Shown here piece after piece: positions 38,331 to 50,630 of a stretch of 64,000 nt of DNA. The notes below the pieces were generated by a model. The model worked only from the letters and a program-made list of their open reading frames with translations, searched no databases and was not told where the DNA came from. This DNA comes from Lytechinus pictus (taxonomy: Eukaryota). The stretch lies in assembly GCF_037042905.1 (NCBI RefSeq), contig NC_087252.1, positions 25,360,001 to 25,424,000 of the forward strand, read 5' to 3'. The position numbers and the translations under genes are program-made. Positions within the stretch are counted from its first letter, which is position 1. Every line of letters starts with the position of its first letter.

Positions 38331-40642
38331 ACCTACAGAGGTCTTCAAAACTAAATTTTCCACCTTATTTCCCCCTCACAGACCACAACTTATTTTTATT
38401 CAATTGTCTTTGCCTTCAGAATATTAGTCAGCATATATCATGTATACCATTAACAAGTTGAAATTTATGCATTTTATACGACAACATAATCTGATAATGG
38501 GGCATATTATACTAGTAACTTTTTAAGTCTTTGATCGATTTTCCTCAAACCTTCACCAATGTTTTTGGTTATCTTTTCTACTATTCTAGCAATATACTTT
38601 TTAGCCAGGAAGAACTTCCCCTTAAACAGGATAAGTCAAAATTATGTCTTACTAATCTCCTAAATAGCCCTCACTGTAAAAAAATAATAATAAAAAGTGA
38701 CATTTTGTATTGAGTACCTGCTAAACTCACGCATGGTGCGAAGGTTCGTTAATATAGCATTGGCTTATATTGATATGTTCTTGACAAATTAGTTTGCTCA
38801 AAATTAAATTTCAATTTTTTTTCCAGAGGGATTTGGGGATGCTAGTGTGTTGTCTTCATCAATTTTAGGCCTATTCAATTCAATTCAATTACTTTAAATA
38901 CTTTAAAACACTGGTTTTAGATCAAACCATTCAGGAGTTTCTTAATTATCAAATTGATATTATTTTGATTGATGTTTGAATTCCTCCCTTTTATTCAAAT
39001 GCACTTTATATTTGATATCCGCCTATGATCAGATATTGCCGGAGAAGTGATCACATCCATGAATATAAATACTTGTCCTCCTTTCTTTCCGCCCAGTCTT
39101 CATTTTTACCCCCCGGATTAGCTTTTTGTCTTTGCTTCTTTTTTTCATTCATGCTGAAATCCCTTTCAGAGTAATAATAATAATGATGATAATAATAATA
39201 ATAATAATAATAACCAATTCTCTTCCCCCCGTTAAGCTTCATTTTATATAATTATGATAATCTATTTCTCTGTGACTCGCCTCTTTTACTTTCTCTTCCA
39301 CGTGCAAATACATTTTTTTTTCTTCTCACACACTCCCCCTCAGCTCCCTCTCTCCTTCTCAAACACTCTCACACACACGCACATCTCCCCCACACACTTT
39401 GCACGCGTACAGAGTAACAAAAATATCACGCTGTTTAAACACGTCACTCTAGCAACAAGTTGTTTAAAATTTTACACATTTTGGAAATTGTTTAAACGTT
39501 TTCAACATCTTGTTAAAAAAATAAACAACTTGTTTCGAACTTTAGATATATTGATGTTAGAGTGACGCGCATAAACAACCTGCTTGAAATTTTAAACAGC
39601 GTTTTAACAGTGTACATCCACAAAAGCATTCCCACCTACATTCTCTATTTCTTCACGGAACATCTCACTGTCCATTAAATATCATCTCACGTTCTGTTCT
39701 TTTTATGTCTCTTTATTTTTCAATATCTACACCCCCATTACTCACGCTCCCCCGATCTCCCACCCTCCCCCTCCCCCACCTCGCTACAATTTTTCCCCTT
39801 CTCGAACTGACCCTCTCTCGTTTCAATTTCTATTAGACATATACAAATGCAAGAAAGTGAGAAATCAAATAGTTATTCTTATTTAATTGATTACAATCAC
39901 GATTATTAAACGTTTTTTTTTTGGTCGACAAGTTTAAGGCATGACCAAAGCCTGTTGAAGTAATATCCGAGTAACACCCCCGGTATACACCAGAATCCCG
40001 TAACACAAACCTTAGCAATGATCGTAGCACAGAATTTTACGATTGATCACATAAACTACAAATCAATACAAAATTCATAATTTACAGGAATATTTGGATA
40101 ATGGAACGGCAAGGGTGTAATACTACCTGATGGTGGCGTTATTATAGCAGAGTTACCTTTAGCAGACTGACCCCTTTCTATAATATTCTTCCTGCTTAAT
40201 CGAATGCATTTCCCCCACTTTCGGTTGACGTTGAACGTGTTGAATGGTGACCCCGGATGGCGACTATAATTATGATTATAAGAACCCACGATGTAATAAT
40301 AATAATAATAATAATAACGGCATATTTACCCAGGGTAGCCACTTCAGTTCCGAAAACTGTTCTTCCAGCGGTCCCTGCTATTATTGACGTATGCATCATT
40401 TCATGTTACCTTTTAATAATTTCGATATATCACTATTATCTTTCAATTTTCTATGTATAGAATTTACATATCCATTCTTCCCGCACCGTATATGAATTAA
40501 TTTAAAATCTGAAAATATTAGCATACGACCGCATTCTTTTTATTAAACACAACAAACAAATCACACGTATTTCGTTTCCCCACCAATTACATGAACTTGC
40601 GTCCGATATGACACACTTATACTCTCACCTTTGCCCCCAATG

Positions 40643-41124
40643 TATGAGACGCCGATTGTACCAATATTATATAGAACAATTATTTGTTATATAATCATTA
40701 TTTAGTAAATAATAACTATTATTTATATATAATTTACATTTTATTTGTAAATAATTACTTTTATATAAAATAACATTTCTAATTATTTATATATAATTCC
40801 AAGTAATACTTCATTATTTGTAAATAATAATAGTTCGACATTCCATTATTTATAAATAATGATTATTTGTTTTTCATTATTTATAAATAATGATTATTTG
40901 ATTTTTATTATTTATAAATAATGGAATGTCGAACTATTATTATTTACAAATAATGAAGTATTACTTGGAATTATATATAAATAATTAGAAATGTTATTTT
41001 ATATAAAAGTAATTATTTACAAATAAAATGTAAATTATATATAAATAATAGTTATTATTTACTAAATAATGATTATATAACAAATAATTGTTCTATATAA
41101 TATTGGTACAATCGGCGTCTCATA
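40643..41124. mobile_element. Perfect AT-rich palindromic element with 6-bp TSD
   Basis: 218-bp arms (40643-40860, 40907-41124) identical by eye, 46-bp spacer, TATG...CATA ends and CCAATG TSD. Confidence 0.92.
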
Positions 41125-41198
41125 CCAATGCGCCCTTCTTTTAGGTATTGTCTCATCATCCCCTCCTATTATGTCTGCCCCCAGGAGTTCTGATTTTT

Positions 41199-43207
41199 TT
41201 AAAGGAGAAATATGTTGATTATGAATATGGCCTTATTATATATCAGTGGAAAGGTAATGATGTGAGGATTACCATTAGGTCATTCAAAAATAACGAAAAT
41301 AATACATAAGGTGGAAATCGCCGATTAAAAAGCGCTAAAATGCCTCTCCGAAATATGCCTCGCATCGGTCTCTGAATTGACTCGAATTTGATGACGTCAC
41401 TGTCTGTACGAGAGGCGTGATTGGCTCTCCCACGTCAAGCTCCACTTGCATGCAAAACCTGTTGCGAGGGTACGTTTTCTCCACACTGACACTGAATACT
41501 TCGATCATGAAATGAAAGAAAACCCAGAAATTTATCTAGATTTGGATTTTCAAATTGATGATTATGAAGATGAAGAGAATGATGATAAAGTTTCTAACTC
41601 TAGAAAAACAAAGTGACGTGGATGGTGGTAAATTAAGGGAATTACGCCGGTGATGATGAGTAAGACAATTCAACTTGCAAGCCGATTCGCTACCAACGCA
41701 TGCAGCTGCTAGCTGCACCGCGGGTCAAATCCATGAAAATGAATTCCATGCAGCATGACCACATCCAGACAGAGTCTCTTTCCTCTATCAACAACATAAT
41801 GAGAAGGAAAATAATAAAATAACTGTACTTACAAATAAGTGAATATATCCGAACCTAGGCTGAAGGTAAATCAACTCAAGGAATAGCAGCAGACGATATG
41901 CACCGACGATGAATTTCACGTGGCTGGAATAGATTGTCACTCGTTCTGTTAGATAAAATTTATATCTCATTATTTTGACTAAATTACGAAACTCGGATAA
42001 TTAGTATTCTACATAAAAATTAAGTAACACCTGGTACTATTTTTTGAATTACGATAAAATATTTTTGAAGCAAAGAAATTGAGGTAAATTAAAATAAGAT
42101 ATAAAGGATCATCCACTTAGCCGCATGCGATTGTAAACAAACAATCAAAAGCACATGGCCAGCTTGCTCCATCCACTGAACTGAAAATACGTATTTTCAG
42201 TTCAGTGGCTTGCTCGCCCATAGAGTTGGAGCGTAGCTTTATCCAATCTATGTGCTCGCCTTGCTGATTGTTTACAATCGAATGCGAGCTAGGCGGATGA
42301 TCTTTTATATCTAATTTTAATTTACCTCATTTTCTTTGCTTCAAAAAGGTTTTATCGTAATTCAAGAAATAGTACCAGGTGTTACTTAATTTTTATGTAG
42401 AATACTAATCCTCCGAGTTTCGTAATTTAGTCAAAATAATGAGATAGAAATTTTATCTAACAGAACGAGTGACAATCTCCCAGCCACGTGAAATTCATCG
42501 TCGGTGCATATCGTCTGCTGTTATTCCTTGAGTTGATTTACCTTCAGCCTAGGTTCGGATATATTCACTTGTTTGTAAGTACAGTTATATCATTATTTTC
42601 ATTCTCATTATGTTGTTGATAGAAGAAAGAGACTCTGTCTGGATGTGGTCGTGATGGAATTAATTTTCATGGATTTGACCCGCGGAGCAGCTATCAGCTG
42701 CATGTGTTGGTAGCGAATCGGCATGCAAGTTGAATTGTCCGACTCATAATCACCGGCGTAATTCCCCTAATGTATACCTCTATCCACGTCACTTTGTTTT
42801 TCTAGAGCTAGAAACTTCATCATCATTCTCTTCATCTTCATAATCATCAATTTGAAAATCCTAATCTAGATAAAATTCTGGGTTTTCTTTCATTTCGGGA
42901 TCGAAGTATTCAGTGACAATGTGGAGAAAACGTACCCTCGCAACAGGTTTTGCATGCAAGTGGAGCTTCACGTTGGAGAGCCAATCACGCCTCTCGTACA
43001 GAAAGTGACGTCATAAAAAATCCCCAATTTCGCGGACGTAATTCTGCGTGTTTGAAGCATTCAGAGAGAGAACTTTAAACTATCAATTAACTGAGTTCCA
43101 TCGGTCTCCATGATAAATGATTTACACCATCGTGTTCTCCTTATTTTCTCCTTTAATTTGATATATGATTCTCCATTTTTACGATTTTCAATATAGTTCT
43201 ACTTTAA
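41199..43207. mobile_element. 2-kb TTAA element (Kolobok-like) with ~760-bp internal inverted arms
   Basis: TTAAAGGAGAAATA / TAGTTCTACTTTAA ends with symmetric subterminal ATATATC. ~41391-42150 mirrors ~42262-43014. Confidence 0.85.
42219..42252. mobile_element. 34-bp CATAGA...TCTATG micro-insertion with 8-bp TSD
   Basis: TGCTCGCC-CATAGAGTTGGAGCGTAGCTTTATCCAATCTATG-TGCTCGCC. Confidence 0.75.
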
Positions 43208-43589
43208 CGATTGATTGCATTGAACATAATGTACCAGGGGCTGCGGAATGGATTTGATTTAATGTGGGGAACTGAGCATGCAACGAAATCACAATCAGAT
43301 AGTCATTTTAAGGTTTTATACACATTTCTTAAAAAAAAGAAAAAAAAGTGGTGGTGCTGAGCACATCACCCCTTCTCCCAGGTAAATCCGCAGCCCCTAT
43401 TTACAATCAATCTTAAATATGAACTGCAAGATAAAAAATCACCAAGATTTGTGTTACCGGCCTCAAACATGCATAAATTCCATATTTCAACCTCAATGCC
43501 AGTCATTGCTTTTGACATCGCCTTGATTATGGTTGTGCTGATAAAAAGATTAGGAGTTTTAGAGACTCACACAAACAGAGATGTTTGAG

Positions 43590-43840
43590 ATGATGATGGG
43601 TATGATGATAACGATGATGATGATTACGATAATTTTGTTGATGATGATGAGTAAAAAGAAGATGATGGTATATTGTTGTGATGGTGGTAATGTTAATGGT
43701 GAATGATGACGACGACGATGATTGGGATGATGTTGGTGATGATGATGGTGATGATGTTGATGATAATGGGTATAATGATGATGATGGGTATAATGATGGT
43801 GAATGATGACGACGGCGATGATGGTGGCGGTGGTGATGAT
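43590..43840. repeat. Degenerate (GAT/GGT)n microsatellite
   Basis: Trinucleotide tract directly visible. Confidence 0.9.
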
Positions 43841-44019
43841 TAGGGTTAGGCAGATATCTGAGACCGTAAGAAAACCGAATGACTGTGATTGCAGCCGTAC
43901 ATCTCGATCAAACCGTCTGACGATTAGTAGGAGACAGATGTCATCGTCAGTAAACGTTGACAACAATCCTTTTCTCAGAACCAACGCGATGGAACTATCT
44001 TCTATCATGACGGCTACCT

Positions 44020-45738
44020 TCAAAGAGAATCTAACAGTTCTTCGAATCTCATCAAATTATGCAAATTTCTTGATTGTCTGAACTTGCTGTCTTTAGTCCT
44101 CGACGCATTCGATTTGAAACCGGCAGCGACATGGTCAGGTAAGCTAAACTTTCCTTTGGAATGATAGAGGTCAGTAGATCCGCCAGAATCCGGAATGAGT
44201 GAATCGGCTAGGCGGGTAAACCGCGGATCTGCCATTAAATCTGTTCTATCCGATAGTTTTACGTTGCGGGCGTTCATGCTTGCGATCTTCTTGGCCCGCC
44301 GTTTCTTATTACGCGAGGTTGACCGCGTCCTCAGAAGCGCGATCTGAGCTGCAACTGTCAGCGAGTTAGCAGATTGTTTCTTTGATTTCTTACTACCATC
44401 ATCAGGAGATTCCGCACCGCCATCTTTTCCGCCTTTGAGTCTCTTTGCAATGGACGAAAAGGATGCCATCTTGGTACCCCCTGGAGTTGCGCTTCTGTCT
44501 CCTTCTGCCCTGAAACTTTCCACTAATATTGCAGGACTTTCGGGATTTGTGAAAGACTCTGATTTGATTAGTTCTACTAAGAACTTTCCACGGCTGGGAG
44601 GTTTCTGTTCGCCACCTTCTTGATTTGTATAAGGATCAGGATGTGGGGCCACTCTGCTATCAACAGAATCTCTTGGATATTCGTGATCCCGATTTGCGGA
44701 AGCTTCTGGTCGTGGAGAAGCTGGTGAATTGATTCTAGATGGTGGCTTGCTCCTGGGAGTTTCTTTTATTTCATTAACCTGTTCAATCAACAAATGTTTC
44801 ATGAAAGAGATATTTCGACTGGGTGATCTATTAATCTCAAAATGCGTATCAGGTTTATCATCAGGAGCATCAGTTAATCTATTCTGGGCTGTTTGTCCAC
44901 CCTTCGCCGAGGCTGCGCGCGATTTTGGCAGCGAATCCCTATAAGATTCCGCTTCATTTGCTTCTTCGATTCCTTCCAGAACACGGTTCGTTGCTTCCTC
45001 GTCATTGATATTGCTGATGCACGCTCTCATGTACGGGCTATTCAAGAATCGTTCAGTTTCACCCACTGCGGAATCGTGCGATTTGTCCCTAGTGCAGCTT
45101 AGAGGACGCATGTACCCTGGTGACCTTCTCCTAGACTCTACCACTTGATCCTCTCTGGATGAAGCATCCCTCGTCTGCTGACGCACCGCTCCTACTGGAT
45201 AGATAGTAGGAAGCTGTGGGCGATCATTATCGCTCGTTTGGGCCATGGGCGATCGACTACCATCGCGTCTTGTCAGGTTCATCGCCTGATCAACCTTCTG
45301 CTTGTGGTGAACAAACTCTCGCTTCTTCTGGATCATCAGTCGTTTAGTCTGATCCTCGTTTTCCAGGAGTTTCTCATACTCGCGATTGAAGCGTCTGACC
45401 TCGTAATCATTGGTCTCCATGATGCACTTCCCAACGCGACTCTCTACGATATTCCTAGCCATCTCCAAGCCCTTCCTGCGATCCATCAAGGACTTCTGGG
45501 AAACTTCCTTGGTCTGTTCCTGGTTGTTGTACTTGGACATCATCTCGGAGTCGATGCTGGTGGAGTTGGTGATCCGAAGCCCGACTTTCCCGATGGTCGT
45601 TAGTTTGAGTTTGCGGGCGATGTCGATGGCGGCCTGCTTGTTGATGTGTCGAGGGCCTGGCGGGTCACGTGGGTACTTCAGTGATGAAGGTTTCTTGCTT
45701 TCCTGGGGTATCCCCATGATTCTCTCCATACGAGACAT
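44020..45738 (-). CDS. Uncharacterised 572-aa protein (N-terminal coiled coil, disordered S/P/R middle, basic C-terminal region with DPRF..L motif)
   Basis: Long ORF with GCCATG start, upstream acceptors at 45772 and 45855, and coding-like GC content. No family recognised. Confidence 0.85.
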   Translation of the reverse strand: MSRMERIMGIPQESKKPSSLKYPRDPPGPRHINKQAAIDIARKLKLTTIGKVGLRITNSTSIDSEMMSKYNNQEQTKEVSQKSLMDRRKGLEMARNIVESRVGKCIMETNDYEVRRFNREYEKLLENEDQTKRLMIQKKREFVHHKQKVDQAMNLTRRDGSRSPMAQTSDNDRPQLPTIYPVGAVRQQTRDASSREDQVVESRRRSPGYMRPLSCTRDKSHDSAVGETERFLNSPYMRACISNINDEEATNRVLEGIEEANEAESYRDSLPKSRAASAKGGQTAQNRLTDAPDDKPDTHFEINRSPSRNISFMKHLLIEQVNEIKETPRSKPPSRINSPASPRPEASANRDHEYPRDSVDSRVAPHPDPYTNQEGGEQKPPSRGKFLVELIKSESFTNPESPAILVESFRAEGDRSATPGGTKMASFSSIAKRLKGGKDGGAESPDDGSKKSKKQSANSLTVAAQIALLRTRSTSRNKKRRAKKIASMNARNVKLSDRTDLMADPRFTRLADSLIPDSGGSTDLYHSKGKFSLPDHVAAGFKSNASRTKDSKFRQSRNLHNLMRFEELLDSL

Positions 45739-48700
45739 GGCGACAAGTTTGTTCCTTCAACTTCGTCTTGAACTGCAGAACAAAGGTCTGGAGATGTCTA
45801 GCTAAAAGGTGTGTGCCGCACATGAAGTCAGCATCATTTCGATTGCTCAGAAAATCTGAAAAAAAGAAGAAATGGATTACAGAAGCATACTTCATAGAAA
45901 AGGAAAATATTGATCACCTTAAGATGTCAAAGCCTCCAAATATCTACGGTTCATAAACTGCGTTATTAGTCACATAAAAGGTATAGGGATAAATCAAGAG
46001 TGATTGACCAGTTGGCTGACAAAAAAACATTATATTTCTGAAAACAACCCAAATTTTCAATGGCCTTCATTTTTTAATACAAAGAAGGGGGAGGGGGTGG
46101 GGGTCGAAGATCCGCACCACTGAGGAAATTGCTGAGTAATCTGTAACTACATTCAAACCTGTGTATTGAGGTCACCTACAGCAACAGAAAAAGTGGCCAC
46201 TGGAGGCAGGTGGTACTTATAGACAACATATATACTACAAAATGGAAGACAACTATTATGGGATCCCCCAAAACAGGATTTCACTATAGAGAGGTGACCA
46301 GTAAGGCATGTTTGAATGTGTCCAACTTGTACGTCCAACCTCACCCATGCCTCGGCATAAGACCTGGCAATATTATTAATATAGTATACTCAGAGAAATG
46401 TACTGTAGATATGGGGAAAGTAAACCTAGAAAACTTGCGCTAAAATCATAATTCTTACAAGTAATGATACCAATGAAAAAGATTTCAAGAATAAATATTT
46501 GAGTCTCTTTTGGGTTTTGCACTATCAAGCATCCAGAAAATCTCTCGTTTACCCATCCGGCCATCCCCTTTTTTATACATAACAATTAATATAGGCCTAC
46601 TGTCTGCAGCTCTATACGTAGTAATCCTCTTCTCCCCCAAACACCAGCGATTCAAAAGACTGCAGCACACGCTAATGGGCATTAATGGGGCCAAAGACTA
46701 TATATGTGTCTTAATAACAAATATTTATTTTCTTGAATACAAACATTATTTTATACTTTATGAGGAATACTGTCTGAGCACAAGTCATGTGGGCACATCT
46801 CCTAACATGTCTTATTAACTGTTAACTAACGAAATGAAAGAAAATTATCATTTAAGTGGCCATAAATAGAAACGACTAGTAACGATTCATTTGTTTTATC
46901 TTTTAAATCCAGACTAATACAGATAACTACTAGTTTGGCCTTTACCAAATTCAAAGATTTATTCTATGGTGTATAGCCTACCGTTTATTTGAATAGCGTA
47001 TTATTGAAATCTGTCAATAGAAGGCGATCTTCGAATGAATTGTTTAAGAAATCCGACGAAATTCTGCAAACTTACTCATTAAAGTAGAAGTATAATCGGC
47101 GTGTGTTTGAATAATAATAATAAAATTTATAGAGCGCTTTATACAGGTGTTTCAAGGCGCACATGTGGGCTGACTAATGTAAACAATAAATCCATTAATT
47201 AAAGAAACACATGAAAATTAATACAAAAAATACAAAGACTATATACTAGTGTTGAAAAAAAATAGTTTTAAGTGAGGATTTGTTTGAATATGTCTGAATC
47301 ACTGCTGACTTTTAAACTAGCTTTGGAGAAGGCACCTTTCATACGTTTTAATCAAGTCAAACTAGGGTGTACCCTCAACTGCCTGGTCAAACAAAAGTCA
47401 TGACATTTCCAATGAAAATAGTGAATATAACTATTTATAAAGATATGTATATGCTCAGCAGACCCAATGGAACTAAAGTAACTCTTGACAAATTCATCAC
47501 TATGAAACATTACGAAATTATACCTAGAATTTGGCATCACGTTCATCAATCGTAGACGATGATGACCCGGGGTCAACTTTGAGCCTAAGCTTATTTTTCA
47601 GGAGATCACTACAGAAAACTTTCACTTGAACTTCTCGAATTCCAACTATACCATTTCCTCATTTGAGGTATCTATTCAAAAAGATGCCCAATTCGAAATT
47701 TGATACAGTAGGCCTATTATTCCACTGCTACTTTTGCCATTATGTTAATATGTTTGTTAGCACAGACATAATTTTCATGACTGCCCTTGGCGATGTGGAA
47801 GATTGTCTGAGGTTTGCCTGCATGGCATATAAAAAGAAATAAGATATATCCAACCTTCTCTACATGTATGCTGAACCCCAAGGAAAGAATAAATATATTT
47901 TTCAAGTTGAATAAAATGTGTATTTCTGTTTCTTGTTGTATTAGGAGAGGAAAACAAACCAACAAAATCTATCTGTTTGAATTCTCCGGTTAGGCATATC
48001 TGAATCGAGTCGTGGTTCAGGGAAAATATGAGCATGATCAAAGCACTAATACCTTCATGAATCATGAGAAGAAAAGACAACTAATGAAATTGTAGTTATG
48101 GGATCCACTAGCATGAATTATATTGTGTTTTTATGTTAGACGACACACCTATAATGCTTAGCGTCATAGATCATGTAGATATGTTGTGATACATTAAATC
48201 GTATGTGATTAGGAAAAAAACCCTGAAATATGTGAATGGAAATAGATGATAATGAGACTAACCTTAAGTGGTAAATAGACATTTCCCTGCCCCACGCCTT
48301 CCTCCTTTTTTAGCCCTAATTATCTACTCTTATGTTAAATGCTTCAAAGGTTTAAATTCATTTTACGAGAATACAGCGTCACCATCAGACTTAATGCCTT
48401 TCTATATGTGGGGACACTAGTGTGTCGTAAGAGAACGATACATACTATAGAAATGATCCCTAAAAGTATGTAAGATTTCACAACGTTTCAGGTGATACAT
48501 CCAATAATCTGACACTGTTAAAAAAACCCGTGATTGTACAGAAAAAAAAAAGATTTTGCAGAAAGCAATAACAGAATCATTCTGTTAATTCATAAAACAG
48601 AAATTTTTCTGTAATTTAACAGTGAGAACATGTCTGTTTAAAAAAGGGGAAAAGGGTGTTTTATTTAAGGACATTTGTAAGATTCCATACACCAAATACC

Positions 48701-49019
48701 AATTTCCTGTAAGATTACGCAGTCTGGTAATCAGGTGTTCTCGAGATTCTGGTACAGGAACGTCTTTTATTTTAAGGATAAATTTTCTAACAGTAGGTTT
48801 CCATTTTTTATGTGATTTGATCATATAAAGAACCGTATTTTCGCTAATAACCTCAATTGAGCACGTGATCCCTGAATGACAATAATTTTTCGAAAGTAAT
48901 TTCTAGCTGGTTTACCTTAACATTTATTACACAAGTATGAGTCAATTATGTTACATATATTATAATGCATGCTGCGTTAAAAATGTATATAGATCTACAG
49001 ACTAAATGTATATACTTAC

Positions 49020-49410
49020 CATGGTTGCGAGAAAGGGCCTGGAGAGATTTCGAGACGGAAGTTTTATGGTCCAACTTTAAGGCTTTTAATTGCTGTAGGC
49101 TCTACCTGATAGGAGTGGTTAATGGGTTCACAATATTCAATTTCTCTCAAACTAATTCCCCGTCTTGAGTATAGGCCTATTCGCCATGAACTACGACGGT
49201 ACATTTTATCCGTAGTCGCCAAAATAGAACAGTTATATTCGGCCTAATCCAAGTCATAACACTCTTGGCCTATACACTGTATAATACAGTCCCATAGCGG
49301 TGTCCCATTAGGCATTCTCATTTCTATTGTTAGACACTGAAGTGAGGAGGGGTACTATACCACAGTAAATGCGGCGTGGGTTGTTAGGGAACGCCAAATC
49401 CCTGACAACC
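49020..49410 (-). promoter_or_regulatory. Probable non-coding first exon and X-box-containing promoter of the 572-aa gene
   Basis: ATG|GTAAGT donor at 49020/49019, a CpG-enriched region, and X-box-like GTTGTTAGGGAAC (49380-49392) and ATCCCTGACAAC (49398-49409). Confidence 0.45.
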
Positions 49411-49544
49411 CGGGCTATAGTATGAACTATGCCCCGGCGATCAATCACTCGCGGGCTTTGTCACAACGCTCAAACTAATCATAGGGAATGGTTCCCGTTC
49501 ACGCCCCCTCTCGCTCGATGTTGCCCCCATTTACCTTTCTAATT

Positions 49545-50630
49545 TCTCTGTTTTCCTAATCAGGTTTGTGTCAGGAATTATTGCAACCAAAATTATAGTT
49601 GATCTTCACATACAAATCTATAATACAGAATAACTCTGTCTCTTACCACTCTTTCTGTCGACCCCCCCCCATTTCCTTAATTAATTTACTAATTCCGATT
49701 TTGTCTCGGATAATTGCGTTAAAAAAAATAAACAAAAAAATGCACATTCAGCTACACTCTAAAAACAGCTAGAGGGTAAAAATTTCCCTCAATATTGGGT
49801 AGAAAGGGAACATGCATGTTTGCTGGGTATTTTTTCCCCTCAATATTGGGCAAAATGCATGTTTGAAGGGCCAATTTCAACGCAAAGTTGCGTAAAATGT
49901 ACGAAATATGTGGTATCTTTTTTACCCAACAAACATCCATGTTCCAATTTTACCCAATATTGTGTAAACCTTTTTTTTAGAGTGTAGCTCTTAATACCTC
50001 TGTTCCCCCTTTCTGTCGGTATCCTCACCACTCTCCCCTTTCTAATATTTTTATTTTCCTAATTCTGATTGTCTGACAAATTATTACAACCGGGAGGCCT
50101 TATTTCAAATACAATCACAAAATAAATCTCTCTGTGCCCCTGATTCTCCCTCCCCATCATTTTACTAATATGTATATTTTCCCAATAGGCCTAATTGTAT
50201 TAGGAATCATTGATTAAATACATCACCTTCTCTCTCTCGTTCTCTTACTCTCTCTTTTTTTATCGATCCCAACATTTCTCTCTCAATTCCCCTTCTAATT
50301 TATTTGTTTTCCTAATTCTGATTGCGTAACTGATTAATTTCAAACCAAAACCTAAAATGGAGCTAACCGCCGCCTCTATTTATCTCTCTCCCCTCCCTCT
50401 CTATCTCTACTTCCCCCTCCTATGTGATGTATTTGTTTTCCTAATTTTGAATGTCTTACGAATCATTGCAACCGAAGTGGGAGCTTCAATATAACAGCAG
50501 AAGCTAACGCTTTGCTTCAAGTAAAAATCTATACATCACGTTCTCAATCTCAATTCTCTCCATCCCTGTTTCCCCAATATCTTTTTCCTAATTCTAATTG
50601 TATCCCGAATCATCAAGACCGAAATAAAGG
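49545..50630. repeat. Degenerate ~130-bp tandem repeat (~7 units)
   Basis: TTTCCTAATT(C)TGATTG-like motif plus a pyrimidine tract recurs near 49552, 49686, 50056, 50178, 50309, 50438 and 50585. Confidence 0.65.
49755..49984. mobile_element. CACT...AGTG MITE with TA duplication (EnSpm/CACTA-like)
   Basis: TA-CACTCTAAAAA ... TTTTTAGAGTG-TA. Confidence 0.85.

Noticed and set aside
41199..43156. Shorter right boundary for the 2-kb TTAA element
   Set aside because: Subterminal ATATATC symmetry favours the TTAA at 43204-43207.
43559..44023. 154-aa His/Ile-rich ORF overlapping the stop of the 572-aa gene
   Set aside because: It is the translation of a (CAT)n microsatellite and has no ATG start.
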